From Macrostomum lignano (taxonomy: Eukaryota): a stretch of 64,000 nt of DNA. The position numbers and the translations under genes are program-made. The DNA is taken from NCBI GenBank assembly GCA_002269645.1, contig NIVC01003130.1, positions 54,060 to 118,059 on the forward strand, given 5' to 3'. This document shows positions 1-13,142 of the stretch, piece after piece; position 1 is the first letter of the stretch, and every line of letters starts with the position of its first letter. Under the pieces are notes generated by a model. That model made no database searches. It had not been told where the DNA came from and saw only the letters and a program-made list of their open reading frames with translations.

Positions 1-519
1 GCAATTAGTCCCAGCAAGCGTGCGGGTGTGAGTTATGAAATACGGAGGCAGCAATTCATAAGCAAATGCCAGCCTGCGCTGTTAGTGAAACCTTCTGCGC
101 AGCAACGCAAAAACAAATCTAATTCGTACACAGGAGAGACTAAAGGCACCATTGTAAGTCGTTATGGTTGCTTTGCATATTACAATTTAAGCCTGCGAGG
201 CAAATAATTTAGTAACGCAAAATCAACAAGTGATTTTTGCATATACTGCCAGAAGACAGGGTGAGAGAGAACCTGATTCGCACACTCCTGCGTTTACTAT
301 AACAGTTTGAAAAGGGCCCAATAAACAGGAAAGCATTGACAAGATTCCAAGGTCATGAACAAATTCAATCCACGTTACGCTAGATCAATTACAGCTTTTA
401 GCCACCTTCAATAATAGCAATTAACAATTTCTTATGCTGATTATTATTTAGTGGCAAAAAAATTTGATCACTGGTTGTCCAAGTTCAAACTTGAAAAACT
501 CAAAGTCACATTCTCTTCT

Positions 520-1260
520 TTCTTTTACTATCTCTCTTACTCTCTCACTCTCCCTCTCACTCCCCTCCACCCTCTCTCACTCTCCCAGCCGCCCTCTCTT
601 CCTCCCTCTCTCCCTCTCTCACTCTCCCAGCCCCTCTCTTCCTCCCTCTCTCCCTCTCTCACTCTCTCACTCTCCCTCTCTCCCTCTCTCACTCTCTCAC
701 TCTCCCTCTCTCACTCTCTCCCTCTCTCACTCTCTCCCTCTCTCAATCTCCCAGCCCCTCTCTTCTTCCCTCTCTCCCTCTCTCACTCTCTCCCTCTCTC
801 ACTCTCTCCCTCTCTCACTCTCTCTCTCTCCCTCTCTCACTCTCTCCCTCTCTCACTCTCTCCCTCTCTCATTCTCTCACTCTCCCTCTCTCACTCTCTC
901 CCTCTCTCACTCTCTCCATCTCTCACTCTCCCAGCCCCTCTCGTCCTCCCTCTCTCCCTTCTCCATCTCTCACTCTCCCACTCTATCTCTCTCTAACTCT
1001 CGCACCCTCTCTCACCGTCCCTCGCTCTCCCTCTCACTCTATCCCGTCACTCTCTCCCTCTTCCTTTTGACTCTCTTCCCCTCCCACTCTCACTCTCCCA
1101 GCCTCTCTTTCTCCCTCTCCCTAACCCCACTCTCCCTCTCTCTTCCCCCACTCTTCCTCTCTCTTCCCCCACTCTCCCTCTCCCTAACCCCACTCTCCCT
1201 CTCCCTAACCCCACTCTCCCTCTATCTTCCCCCACACTCCCTCTCCCATCCCTTTCACTC
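520..1260. repeat. CT-rich low-complexity / degenerate (CT)n-(CTCA) tract
   Basis: Almost pure C/T sequence with recurring ctctcactctctccct units; explains the S/L/P-rich ORFs 451..996 and 464..1318. Confidence 0.95.
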
Positions 1261-1910
1261 TCTAAGCTCCAGTTTTCCTTCTGTGCCAGGAAGAATTCCT
1301 AAGCTCACCTTAGTTTAACAACTGGGAGCTGAATGCACAGAGCGAGTTCAGCTATTTTCCCACCTTGAAACAACACAGTGGTAGTGAGTAACTGTCAAGT
1401 GACGGGGTCTGTTTGGAAAATCCTACCTGGGTTTCATTTATTCTCTTTGCTCACTCGCAATTGCATACAGAATCTATTAGAGTCTGCCTGCCTGCCATGA
1501 CTACGATTCTAGTTGCTATAACAACTTCCCTTAGTAACCAAGCCGATTCTGCTGTAGCGTAGAGAGGTGAGAATAATTGCAGAGGCCGGGAAAGAGAATA
1601 TGGAATTCTGAATATGAAAGCAGACTCTGTCACACATCTCCATGTACAGGCGAGCCAAGCACACAGCGGGCAAACAAAGCTCTTAGCTAAATGTATTCGT
1701 GAATTTAATTGCTAAGGCTGGCTGCAGAAATCCGGCTGCTCTTTTATCAATTTTTTGCGTAACTGGCTGCCTCGTAACGGCCAGAACAAACAGAGATCGA
1801 CTGTCAGATAGTGAATGATTCCTGCAGTTAATGCCGCTGGGTTTATTAGAAACCAGCAGCATTAACCTGACTGCCTCAGTGAGCTGCCGGCCTTGCTGTA
1901 TTCGCTACGG

Positions 1911-2164
<254 letters not shown>

Positions 2165-3372
2165 AATATTTCTGCTAGCTTACCATTGGAGAAATTGAAT
2201 TAAAAACTTTCAAGGCCTGATCTTTTCCTGAACTTAAATGTTTGCTTTTTTGAAACTAAAGAACGACTTGGACTAATGCAGCCAAAAGTACAAAAGTGAA
2301 ATCGCTCAGTTTAGAAGCCAGTTAGCAAAGAGAACAAATTTTTTCTTAAGGTCATTTTCGCCCCAATTCAAATAATTATAATTAGTTTATTTGCTCATTT
2401 CTTAATTTTACAAAGGAGCTATGATAAAGTATAATATAGAAATTGATTTGCATAATTTGAATCTATAACAACAAAAAATTATTATTTTGGGCCATCATGA
2501 TGTGGATTGGCAGTTTTTAGCGTATTGCACAGCTGCTTATTGCGTCACTTTTTGTCAACTGGTGCACGTTGTATATATAGTGTTTATAAAATATAATAGG
2601 TTTATTGATAAGAATAATAACAAAGGATATTGCAGGTTTTGCAGGCTATTGAATAGAAGCTTCTGTCTGTTAAGGCGACTTGTTGTTCAGTACGGGGCAG
2701 CTGGGTATATCTGAAGCACAGCTTGATTTCTATTTTGATAATAATCTAGCTCAAAAACAATTGTTGGCAAGCCTAACAAAGACTATATATCGGTATAATT
2801 TTATCACTAGGGTGGTGGCTGAGAATATAGCAAAAAATTTTAAATTGAAAAAACCTGCAAAATTGACAAAGCGACAGGCAGAACACCAAAAAAGCGAAGT
2901 TTTTACGCAAAATTCCAAATAAGTTATTTTAGAGAGAAAAATTTGTTCGGATAAATTATTGATTTGGTTAGAAAATCAGATTCCCAAATAAGAGCTGGAC
3001 TTGATTAAATTTTAGTCGCAAAGCAGTTAAACAAAACATCGATATAACAAAACTGCGAACTAAAATCAAGCACGAATTTGAGGGCTCGCGGACACGGTTT
3101 TGGTTAAAAAACAAGACAAAGACAACTATTTTGACCAGAGTTCATTGCCTTTGATTATTAAGGCCTATATATTTTTGCTTTTAGTGACTAAAAATTAGTA
3201 AACAATTGATAAATATGCTTTATGCTTGAAGAGTTGCTGTTTATGCAAAGTCAATAAATATTATTCAAGCGAACCTTGTGAAACAGAGCTTGATCGGCGG
3301 GGCTGAGGGGCAGGCTGAACTGAGAGAGCCAGAGGCATAACTAACCAGATTAGAAATAGTTGCTACGGGGAT

Positions 3373-3812
3373 TCATTCCCGCTCCACCACCTGTCCACCG
3401 GGGCTCATCTCCTTCACCTCCTGGGCGTCCTGCACCAGCGCGCACAGCGGGCAGCAGAGGTGCACGAAGAAGTCGCCAATGAAGCTGCCGTTGATGCCCT
3501 GCTTCTCGCGGATCTTGCCGCGGACGATGGCGCCAACGCAGGGTGAAACGAACAGGAAGGCCAGGCCGCACAGAACGCAGCTGTCTCCGACGGCCTCGGC
3601 GTTCTTGCCGAAGGTGTAGCAGGGCACGAAGTAGGTGATGATGCACAGGCCTGACCGAATGTGGAATCATAGAATTTTGGCAATAAATTGAGTTACTATT
3701 TCAAAGTTTGAACTTTTCAATTTTACAACATTTTACAAAGGTCTAAGACTCGGACTTAAGTCTCACCGCAGTCATCGAAACATCCACAGAGTCCGTGCTT
3801 GAAGTCCGCCAT
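3373..3812 (-). CDS. PLAC8 / cornifelin-family Cys-rich protein, 107 aa, 2 exons (3812-3767, 3650-3373)
   Basis: Exon 1 MADFKHGLCGCFDDC + GTGAGA donor; CAG acceptor joins in frame to GLCIITYFVPCYTFGKNAE...IREKQGINGSFIGDFFVHLCCPLCALVQ. The GLCGCFDD, PCYTFG and CCPLCALVQ motifs are typical of PLAC8. Total 324 nt, ending in TGA. Confidence 0.9.
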
Positions 3813-5339
3813 TGATCCTGCTTTCTGTATTGTCAATATTAACCTTCAAGGCAGGTAGAAGCTACGAAGTCCTTCGTGTGTGGCCGGCTGGAACTGGAAG
3901 GCGGGCAGAGCGGGGATCGGGTGGGGGAATTTCGCCGCCCCACTTGGCTTTTTCAAGTCGCCCGCCCTGGTTGAGGTGGGGAGGGGGTAGCGACCGCACT
4001 GCCTCAGGAGGGTGAGAGCTTGGAGCGGGAGAGAGCGGGAAGGAACGGGACAGGCTGATTTCGTACGTCTCCATTGGTGAGTTTTTCTATCGTTGGCGTG
4101 TGCTGCACGCTGGCTGGGCTAAGAGGAGGCGGGGAGGCCGCGCACGACGCTCCAAGCCTCTCGGTTCTGGCTAAGAAGTTCGAAAACCAGCTGTCTGGGA
4201 AGGGAAAGTCGCTTGAAATTCTGCTGCTATGCAGTCGGTGAAGGGTTGGTAGTCTACTTGTCTTTCTATCGTGCACCAGCAGGTTCTGTTTTCAAATTCA
4301 GAAAACAAAAATTGCGCAGAATTTAGCATACATAAATCATATCTGAGCGTGTCATCAAAAGCCAAATGCAAGTGTGATGCTCAGTTTTAAACTGAAGCGA
4401 ACGGTTTCCAAACAGCTCGATTTTGTCAATTGTGCAGACTTTCTGGCTCGATTGGGCGATAACAATTCGCTTTAAGAACAGTTTCTGGTTTCCACTCCAT
4501 GTCTTTAATATTAGAAGCCCATGGCGCAGTCCCTTCCAGGCCTGACTTAAAGCCAGTCTTCCCCTTGTGCAGCGGCTCCTGTAGCCGTGCCTTTTCATTC
4601 TGCAAAGAGAAGGTGGAGGAAGGGGAAGAAGGACAGCACACGCGGCTCCTAGAGGATTTTGAAGCGGAGGGGGTGTCGAAGGATTAATATCGATCCGATC
4701 GGCCTTGGCTTGGGAGCAGAGGAGGCAAGAGGATTGCTTCGGAGGGCGTGACGAATATCCCTTGGCTGCTCTTGCCCGGGGTAGCGGCTGAGGGGAAGAG
4801 TTGGCGGGGAAGGGATTACGGAGGGAGTGTACAGTACGCAGGCACTGATCTGGCGGGTGCCGGCTGCAAGGCACCGAGTGAACCTCCTTCCCCCAGGCAG
4901 CCCAGCCAGCAGGGCCGAAGCTTGACACAAAACACTCCGAGAGAGCGCGCGGAGAGGCCCTGCCGCCCCTAACTTGCTGTCTGCCAGCATAGGCAGCTTA
5001 AACAGGAACAAATAACCCAAGAGCAATATGATACGGGCAAGCCTGCTGCAATTGTGCATGCTTGAGTAGGCTAAATCAGCTTTCCTTTTCTGCTGAAATT
5101 TCTCTATTAGTGTAATTTTTCGATGTTCGTGCACGCGATGGCAACTGAGAATTGGATTGAAACTTAATCGGGCTGGGATTCAGTTAACGAAGTGCATGTT
5201 GGAAATGATGATTTAAGTAGAGACGGAGGTAGTGCCAACGCGATGAGAAATTAGCCTAAAAATAGCTTAGATTTGAAGCACTGAGAACTACTTAGAAGTA
5301 GACAGAAGTCAACACGATAGATAGAGTAGTCAGGAATAG

Positions 5340-6250
5340 ATACGAGTAGGAGTAGACAGGAGTAGACAGGAGTAGGCATAAGTAGACAGGAGTAGACAGG
5401 AGTAGGCATAAGTAGACAGGAGTAGACAGTAGTAGGCATAAGTAGACAGGAGTAGACATAAGTAGACAGGAGTAGACAGGAGTAGGCATAAGTAGACAGG
5501 AGTAGACAGGAGTAGGCATAAGTAGACAGGAGTAGACAGGAGTAGGCATAAGTAGACAGGAGTAGACAGGAGTAGGCATAAGTAGACAGGAGTAGACAGT
5601 AGTAGGCATAAGTAGACAGTAGTAGGCATAAGTTGACAGGAGTAGACAGGAGTAGGCATAAGTAGACAGGAGTAGACAGGAGTAGGCATAAGTAGACAGG
5701 AGTAGACAGTAGTAGGCATAAGTAGACAGGAGTAGGCATAAGTAGACAGGAGTAGACAGGAGTAGGCATAAGTAGACAGGAGTAGACAGGAGTAGGCATA
5801 AGTAGACAGGAGTAGACAGTAGTAGGCATAAGTAGACAGGAGTAGGCATAAGTAGACAGGAGTAGACAGGAGTAGGCATAAGTAGACAGGAGTAGACAGT
5901 AGTAGGCATAAGTAGACAGGAGTAGGCATAAGTAGACAGGAGTAGACAGGAGTAGGCATAAGTTGACAGGAGTAGACAGGAGTAGACAAAAGAAGTCAGA
6001 AGTAGACACGAGTAGATAAGAGTAGACACGAATAGACACGAGAAGTAGTCAGGAGTAGACATGAGTAGACACGAGAAGTAGTCAGGAGTAGACATGAGTA
6101 GACACGAGTAGACACGAGTAGACACGAGAAGTCAGGAGTAGACACGAGTAGACACGAGTAGACACGAGTAGACAAGAGTAGACACGAGTAGACACGAGTA
6201 GACACGAGTAGACACGAGTAGACACGAGTAGACACGAGTAGACACGAGTA
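5340..6250. repeat. 10-bp-unit minisatellite (agtagacagg / agtaggcata variants, switching to gagtagacac after ~6000)
   Basis: Tandem units seen directly; source of the YSCLL-repeat ORFs. Confidence 0.95.
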
Positions 6251-6685
6251 GTCTGCAGTTGACAGAAATAGATAAATTAGATTGCAGCTAGTAGACACCC
6301 AAGAATTAGAATCCCAAACCCCATGCGATTGACGACGAGCCTTTCCCTAAATTATTCGACCCCCTGATGAAGCCAGCAGGCCCAGTGAATGGTCTGCCCG
6401 CTTCCCAGTTCTTGGCCTGGCTGCTGGGCACGAATGCCGCGGCCCCCAAACCCATTCGAATGAAGGCAGGCATTCTTTCCTCGCCTGTTCGTCTCGACTC
6501 CGTGGCTGCGGACTGCGTGGTTTTAAGCTGCCTGCCTGCTGGGAGTTTCTGGCGCTCTCGCACGCATTCAGCAGGCAAGCTGATTAAGGGTCAGTCTGCG
6601 CTTTTCCTGTTCTCGTCAATTGTCCTCTGTCAGTAGCATGAGTATCTACTCATATCTCATATCTACTCATAAGAGTGTCTACTCT

Positions 6686-7135
<450 letters not shown>

Positions 7136-7529
7136 TACTCAAGGCCAGGCTGAGCGAATGGCCAACCTCCTTCCTTCCCGCTCCTTCCACTCTTCCAGCA
7201 GAATAGTCCCAATCCCTGGGGAAAATCGATATTGTATGAATACAGAGAATTTGTTGACTGGACTCGACTGGGAGTTCGTTTTACTGGACGAAAAAAACTG
7301 GAAATGCCAAATTCTGCGCGATTCAGTTGAGCCAGTCGCGTTTCCAACACGCGATTGGAGCAGCTTAGTACCTTAATCGAAACACCCAGCAAGCCCCATA
7401 GGCAGAGTACTTTGCCTAATCAGTCGTAAATGCAGGTGAATGCAGGCGACGAAGCTGAATTTGTGGAGTTCAGCCACCGCCTTTGAATGAGTCCCCCTAA
7501 TTTTACTCACTGAACTGCATCCAAGTAGC

Positions 7530-8760
7530 TTCTCTACCCTCTCTCAGCTGTCCTCTCTACCCTCTCTAAGCTGCCTTATCTACCCTCTCTCAGCTGTCCT
7601 TTCTATCCTTTCTCAGCTGCCTTATCTACCCTCTCTCAGCTGCCCTCTCTACCCTCTCTAAGCTGCCTTATCTACCCTCTCTCAGCTGTCCTTTCTACCC
7701 TCTCTCAGCTGCCTTATCTACCCTCTCTCAGCTGTCCTTTCTACCCTCTCTCCGCTGCCTTATCTACCCTCTCTCAGCTGTCCTGTCTACCCTCTCTAAG
7801 CTGCCTTATCTACCCTCTCTCAGCTGCCCTTTCTACCCTCTCTCAGCTGCCTTATCTACCCTCTCTCAGCTGCCTTATCTACCCTCTCTCAGCTGTCCTT
7901 TCTATCCTTTCTCAGCTGCCTTATCTACCCTCTCTCAGCTGCTTTATCTACCCTCTCTCAGCTGCCCTCTCTACCCTCTCTCAGCTGTCCTTTCTACCCT
8001 CTCTCAGCTGCCTTATCTACCCTCTCTCAGCTGCCCTCTCTACCCTCTCTCAGCTGTCCTGTCTACCCTCTCTAAGCTGCCTTATCTACCCTCTCTCAGC
8101 TGCCCTTTCTACCCTCTCTCAGCTGCCTTATCTACCCTCTCTCAGCTGCCTTATCTACCCTCTCTCAGCTGCCCTCTCTACCCTCTCTCAGCTGCCCTCT
8201 CTACCCTCTCTCAGCTGCCTTATCTACCCTCTCTCAGCTGCCCTCTCTACCCTCTCTCAGCTGCCTTATCTACCCTCTCTCAGCTGCCTTATCTATCCTC
8301 TCTCAGCTGTCCTTTCTATCCTTTCTCAGCTGCCTTATCTACCCTCTCTCAGCTGCTTTATCTACCCTCTCTCAGCTGCCCTCTCTACCCTCTCTCAGCT
8401 GTCCTTTCTACCCTCTCTCAGCTGCCTTATCTACCCTCTCTCAGCTGCCCTCTCTACCCTCTCTCAGCTGCCCTCTCTACCCTCTCTCAGCTGCCTTATC
8501 TACCCTCTCTCAGCTGCCTTATCTACCCTCTCTCAGCTGTCCTTTCTATCCTTTCTCAGCTGCCTTATCTACCCTCTCTCAGCTGCTTTATCTACCCTCT
8601 CTCAGCTGCCCTCTCTACCCTCTCTCAGCTGTCCTTTCTACCCTCTCTCAGCTGCCTTATCTACCCTCTCTCAGCTGCCCTCTCTACCCTCTCTCAGCTG
8701 CCCTCTCTACCCTCTCTCAGCTGCGTTATCTACCCTCTCTCAGCTGCCTACTTTACCCTC
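7530..8760. repeat. 23-bp minisatellite (ctaccctctctcagctgccttat)
   Basis: About 50 tandem variant units. Confidence 0.95.
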
Positions 8761-9424
8761 CATCAGCTGTCCTCTCTGCACTCCCAAAGCTGCCTTCTTT
8801 ACCTTTCCAACTACCACCTCATCTACTCCATTTTTTTCTACTGAAGTTCTAGCTCGTAAATGCACCTTACCAACCTGAACATACACACTCCGTAGCAATA
8901 AAAGTCACACTTCTGACTGACTGAGAGAGGGAGATTGAAATGTGTGCAATCAGTGTAGCCAATAGCAACCGCTTCGCTTGAAGAAAAGCACTTTTACTTT
9001 AAAACTCTGTCACTCACTCACTACAGCGTCACTGCCTTGCCTGGTCAGTAAGGCTGCACTGGGAAACTTGTGGAAATGGGTCCGGTAAAGACTCACTCGC
9101 ATTCTACTCAGCATAATGACCACTCATATTTGGAACTGCTCTCACTCCTCACTATCTTGACTAGCTACTCTCTCTCTCCCAGTCTTTTTTGACCAATATA
9201 GAAGAGAGAGCGGTTCTGAAAATAACAAAACTAGACTAGCGTTAGCCCAAGGCTGGAGTGTCCAACACTTTAACTTCAACCCAATCCCTCTCAGACACTT
9301 TAAAGCAGTCAATGCATTCTACTCAATGTTGGAGTTTATGAGGCTCGGTTTCTTAAATTTTTTTTATTCTTATTCCTTATTTTATTTTAAATTAACTAGC
9401 ATAAACGGGCTTCGGAGGGAGAGT

Positions 9425-10060
9425 CAAATGGGAGACGGAGGGAGAGTCATATGGGAGACGGAGAGTCATATGGGAGACGGAGAGTCATATGGGAGACGGA
9501 GAGTCATATGGGATAGGGAGAGAGTCATATGGGAGAGGGAGAGTCATATGGGAGAGGGAGAGTCATATGGGAGACGGAGAGTCATATGGGAGACGGAGAG
9601 TCATATGGGAGAGGGAGAGTCATATGGGAGAGGGAGAGTCATATGGGAGACGGAGAGTCATATAGGATTGGGAGAGAGTCATATCGGAGAGGGACAGTCA
9701 TATGGGAGACGGAGAGTCATATGGGAGACGGAGAGTCATATGGGAGAGGGAGAGTCATATGGGAGACGGAGAGTCATATGGGAGACGGAGAGTCATATGG
9801 GAGACGGAGAGTCATATGGGAGATGGAGAGTCATATGGGAGACGGAGAGTCATATGGGAGACGGAGAGTCATATGGGAGACGGAGAGTCATATGGGAGAC
9901 GGAGAGTCATATGGGAGACGGAGAGTCATATGGGAGACGAAGAGTCATATGGGAGACGGAGAGTCATATGGGAGACGGAGTCATATGGGAGACGGAGAGT
10001 CATATGGGAGAGGGAGAGTCATATGGGAGACGGAGAGTCATATGGGAGACGGAGAGGGAG
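9425..10060. repeat. 19-bp minisatellite (atgggagacggagagtcat)
   Basis: Tandem units; source of the ESHMGDGESYG ORFs. Confidence 0.95.
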
Positions 10061-10554
10061 AGTAGCAGTAGGCTCAGACAGACACATCATTAAAATCATT
10101 ATAAAAACATGCTCAGTGGAGTGGCATAGGCAGTGGAGCTGAGCTCAGTCTCACAGAGCAGCCGTCTGAATACCAGCAGGAACCGGTTTAGGAGGTCATA
10201 AAAAACTCAAAAAACTCCGTCCCTTGCAGCAGTCGGGGCTTGAGCATTCCAACGCCAATACTCATAGTGCAATGTCAAATGTTCTCTTGGTAAGTGCAGC
10301 TGGAATCCAACAGCCATTAGCAGAAGTAGATAGAGCTTAAATATCCCATTAATTTATTTTGATTTACTAAGAATTTGCTATCCGTGTTGAGTATTTTCTC
10401 ACTCCTACTAATGAACTGAGGTGGAATGTAGAATGTTTTTTAGCTAACGTGGAAGGTCGAAGTGACGAGTAAACGGTTGGAAGTTGAAGCAGACTGACAG
10501 GAATGCAAGTTTTTTCAGCAGGGGCTGGCTTTTGTCCCACTCAAACAGAGAGGG

Positions 10555-11760
10555 GCCAGAGACGGAGAGGGAGAGAGAGAGAGGGAGAGGGAGAGGAAGA
10601 GGGATAGAGAGAGGGTGAGTAAGGGAGTGGGAGAGGGAAAGGGAGAGGGAGCGGAAGAAAGAGGAAGAGGGAGAGGGAGACGGTGAGTGAGAAGGAGTGG
10701 GAGAAGGAGCGAGAGCGGGAGAGAGAGAGAGGGAGAGGGAGCGGGAGAGAGAGGGAGAGGGAGCGGGAGAGAGAGGGAGAGGGAGCGGGAGAGAGAGAGA
10801 GAGAGGGAGAGGGAGCGGGAGAGAGAGAGAGGGAGAGGGAGCGGGAGAGAGAGAGAGGGAGAGGGAGCGGGAGAGAGAGAGGGAGAGGGAGCGGGAGAGA
10901 GAGAGAGAGGGAGAGGGAGCGGGAGAGAGAGAGGGAGAGGGAGCGGGAGAGAGAGAGAGAGGGAGAGGGAGCGGGAGAGAGAGAGAGGGAGAGGGAGCGG
11001 GAGAGAGAGAGAGAGGGAGAGGGAGCGGGAGAGAGAGAGAGGGAGAGGAGCGGGAGAGAGAGAGAGGGAGAGGGAGCGGGAGGGAGCGGGGGAGAGAGAG
11101 GGAGAGGGAGCGGGAGAGAGAGAGAGGGAGAGGGAGCGGGAGGGAGCGGGAGAGAGAGAGGGAGAGGGAGCGGGAGAGAGAGAGAGGGAGAGGGAGCGGG
11201 AGAGAGCGGGAGAGAGAGAGGGAGAGGGAGCGGGAGAGAGAGAGAGGGAGAGGGAGCGGGAGAGAGAGAGAGAGGGAGAGGGAGCGGGAGAGAGAGAGGG
11301 AGAGGGAGCGGGAGAGAGAGAGAGGGAGAGGGAGCGGGAGAGAGAGAGGGAGAGGGAGCGGGAGGGAGCGGGGGAGAAAGAGGGAGAGGGAGCGGGAGAG
11401 AGAGAGGGAGAGGGAGCGGGAGGGAGCGGGAGAGAGAGAGGGAGAGGGAGCGGGAGAGAGAGAGAGGGAGAGGGAGCGGGAGAGAGCGGGAGAGAGAGAG
11501 GGAGAGGGAGCGAGAGAGAGAGAGAGGGAGAGGGAGCGGGAGAGAGAGAGGGAGAGGGAGCGGGAGAGAGAGAGGGAGAGGGAGCGGGAGAGAGAGAGAG
11601 AGGGAGAGGGAGCGGGAGGGAGCGGGGGAGAGAGAGGGAGAGGGAGAAGAAGAGGGAGCGGGAGAGAGAGAGGGAGAGGGAGATGGAGCGGGGGAGAGAG
11701 AGAGCGGGAGAGAAAGGGAGAGAGAGAGGGAGAGGGAGAGAGAGAGGAGGAACGGAGGGA
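10555..11760. repeat. GA-rich minisatellite (gggagagggagcgggagagaga variants)
   Basis: Polypurine tandem array; open in all frames only because of its composition. Confidence 0.95.
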
Positions 11761-12129
11761 GCAAAGAGATGATGGCAGTAATGACAGGGAGAACGAGCTC
11801 AACTGAGTCCCCAATAAAAGCCTACACAGCTAATGCAATCGCCATCTATATAAATTAAACGACTGGGGTTTCCATCCTTACTGCGGTTACCAATTCAGTT
11901 CATTCACTGATAGCGAAGGCTATGCCTCCAGATCGACTCACTCCCTGTGCACTCGCTCTGGCTTTCCGCTCGCACTAGCAGTTGGTGTAACTCAGCACAT
12001 AGGGCATAGTGGGTGGACGAAACCTCAGCTATTACTCAAGCAAAATTATGCAAAATTATCGATAATTTACTGCTGACTTCGATTGAACACCCATTTTGGG
12101 ATTTCAGATCATCGATTTCGATTTCAGAT

Positions 12130-12860
12130 TATCAATTGGGATTTGAGATCATCTATTGTGATTTAAGATCATCTAATGGGATTTGAGATCATTTAATGGG
12201 ATTTGAGATCATCTATTGGGATTTGAGATCATCTATTGGGATTTGAGATCATCTATTGGGATTTGAGATCATCTAATGGGATTTGAAGGGGGGCCGTAGC
12301 CCAGCGGTAGCGCAGCTGCTCTGGTGTGCCGCGACCCAGGCTCGATTCCAAGTGCAGCCACATTAATTTGGGGCTGAATTGGAATTTCGGCTTGGCTCGC
12401 TTGTGTAATTAACGGCCTTGAGAGCCAACCCCCCAAGGCGCAGTGAAGTGTACATGCCTAACGATAAAATAAAGTTAGGGCCGCTGTACACTCCTATGTG
12501 AGTGTGTGCCTGCGTACGTATCCGCGCGCTTGTATGCCTGCTCAGGGGAGTCGGCGGAATGGGCAGTAATGCCTCTCGCCGGTTGTGTGCCAATGTCGCT
12601 TAAAGTGCGCCAGGGTGCACACAACCCCCCTGCCTCTAATAAAAATAATAATAATGGGATTTGAGATCATCTAATGGGATTTGAGATCATCTAATGGGAT
12701 TTGAGATCATCTAATGGGATTTGAGATAATCTAATGGGATTTGATAGCATCCATTGGGATTTGAGATCATCTATTGGAATTTGAGATAATCTATTGGGAT
12801 TTAAGATCATCTAATGGGATTTGAGATCAACTATTGGGATTTGAGACCATATATTGGGAT
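12130..12860. repeat. 20-bp minisatellite (gggatttgagatcatctaat) interrupted by a SINE
   Basis: Units on both sides of the 12288-12655 insertion. Confidence 0.9.
12288..12655 (+). mobile_element. tRNA-derived SINE, full length, (AAT)n tail
   Basis: Pol III A-box-like TAGCCCAGCGG and B-box-like GGCTCGATTCC; 3' (AAT)n tail; flanked by taatgggatttga (12274-12286 / 12652-12664); homologous copy at ~19639-19941. Confidence 0.8.
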
Positions 12861-13142
12861 TTGGGTATGAGCTGGGGCACAGATAATTCTAAGCTAAGCT
12901 GGGGCACAGATAATTTCACGTTGAATTGTAGTATAGCTAGTAGTTTGTGTACGTTAAATCGCTCTGGAGGAAAAGAGAACGGTTTTAGCGCAGGTTCATG
13001 TTCAATATAGACTACTCATAAGTAGGCAGGTATACAGTGTGAGCAGTTTTACGAGACGCAAAATCATATTTTTTCTCTTTATCTACAAAACATTTTTGCT
13101 GAATAAAATGTTATAAATTTCGTAGAATTTCGGGAAAAATAC

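Noticed and set aside
1120-1215. ccctaa telomere-like hexamers
   Set aside because: Isolated occurrences inside a CT-rich repeat, not a (TTAGGG)n array.
2487-2922. AT-rich ORF fragments possibly of TE or foreign origin
   Set aside because: No recognisable motif in any frame or under alternative genetic codes considered by eye.
4323-5134. 201-aa and 161-aa minus-strand ORFs upstream of the PLAC8 gene
   Set aside because: No domain, splice pattern or consistent frame; probably chance ORFs in GC-richer DNA.
12288-12360. tRNA gene
   Set aside because: A/B boxes are present but there is no complete cloverleaf, and the sequence continues into a SINE body and tail.
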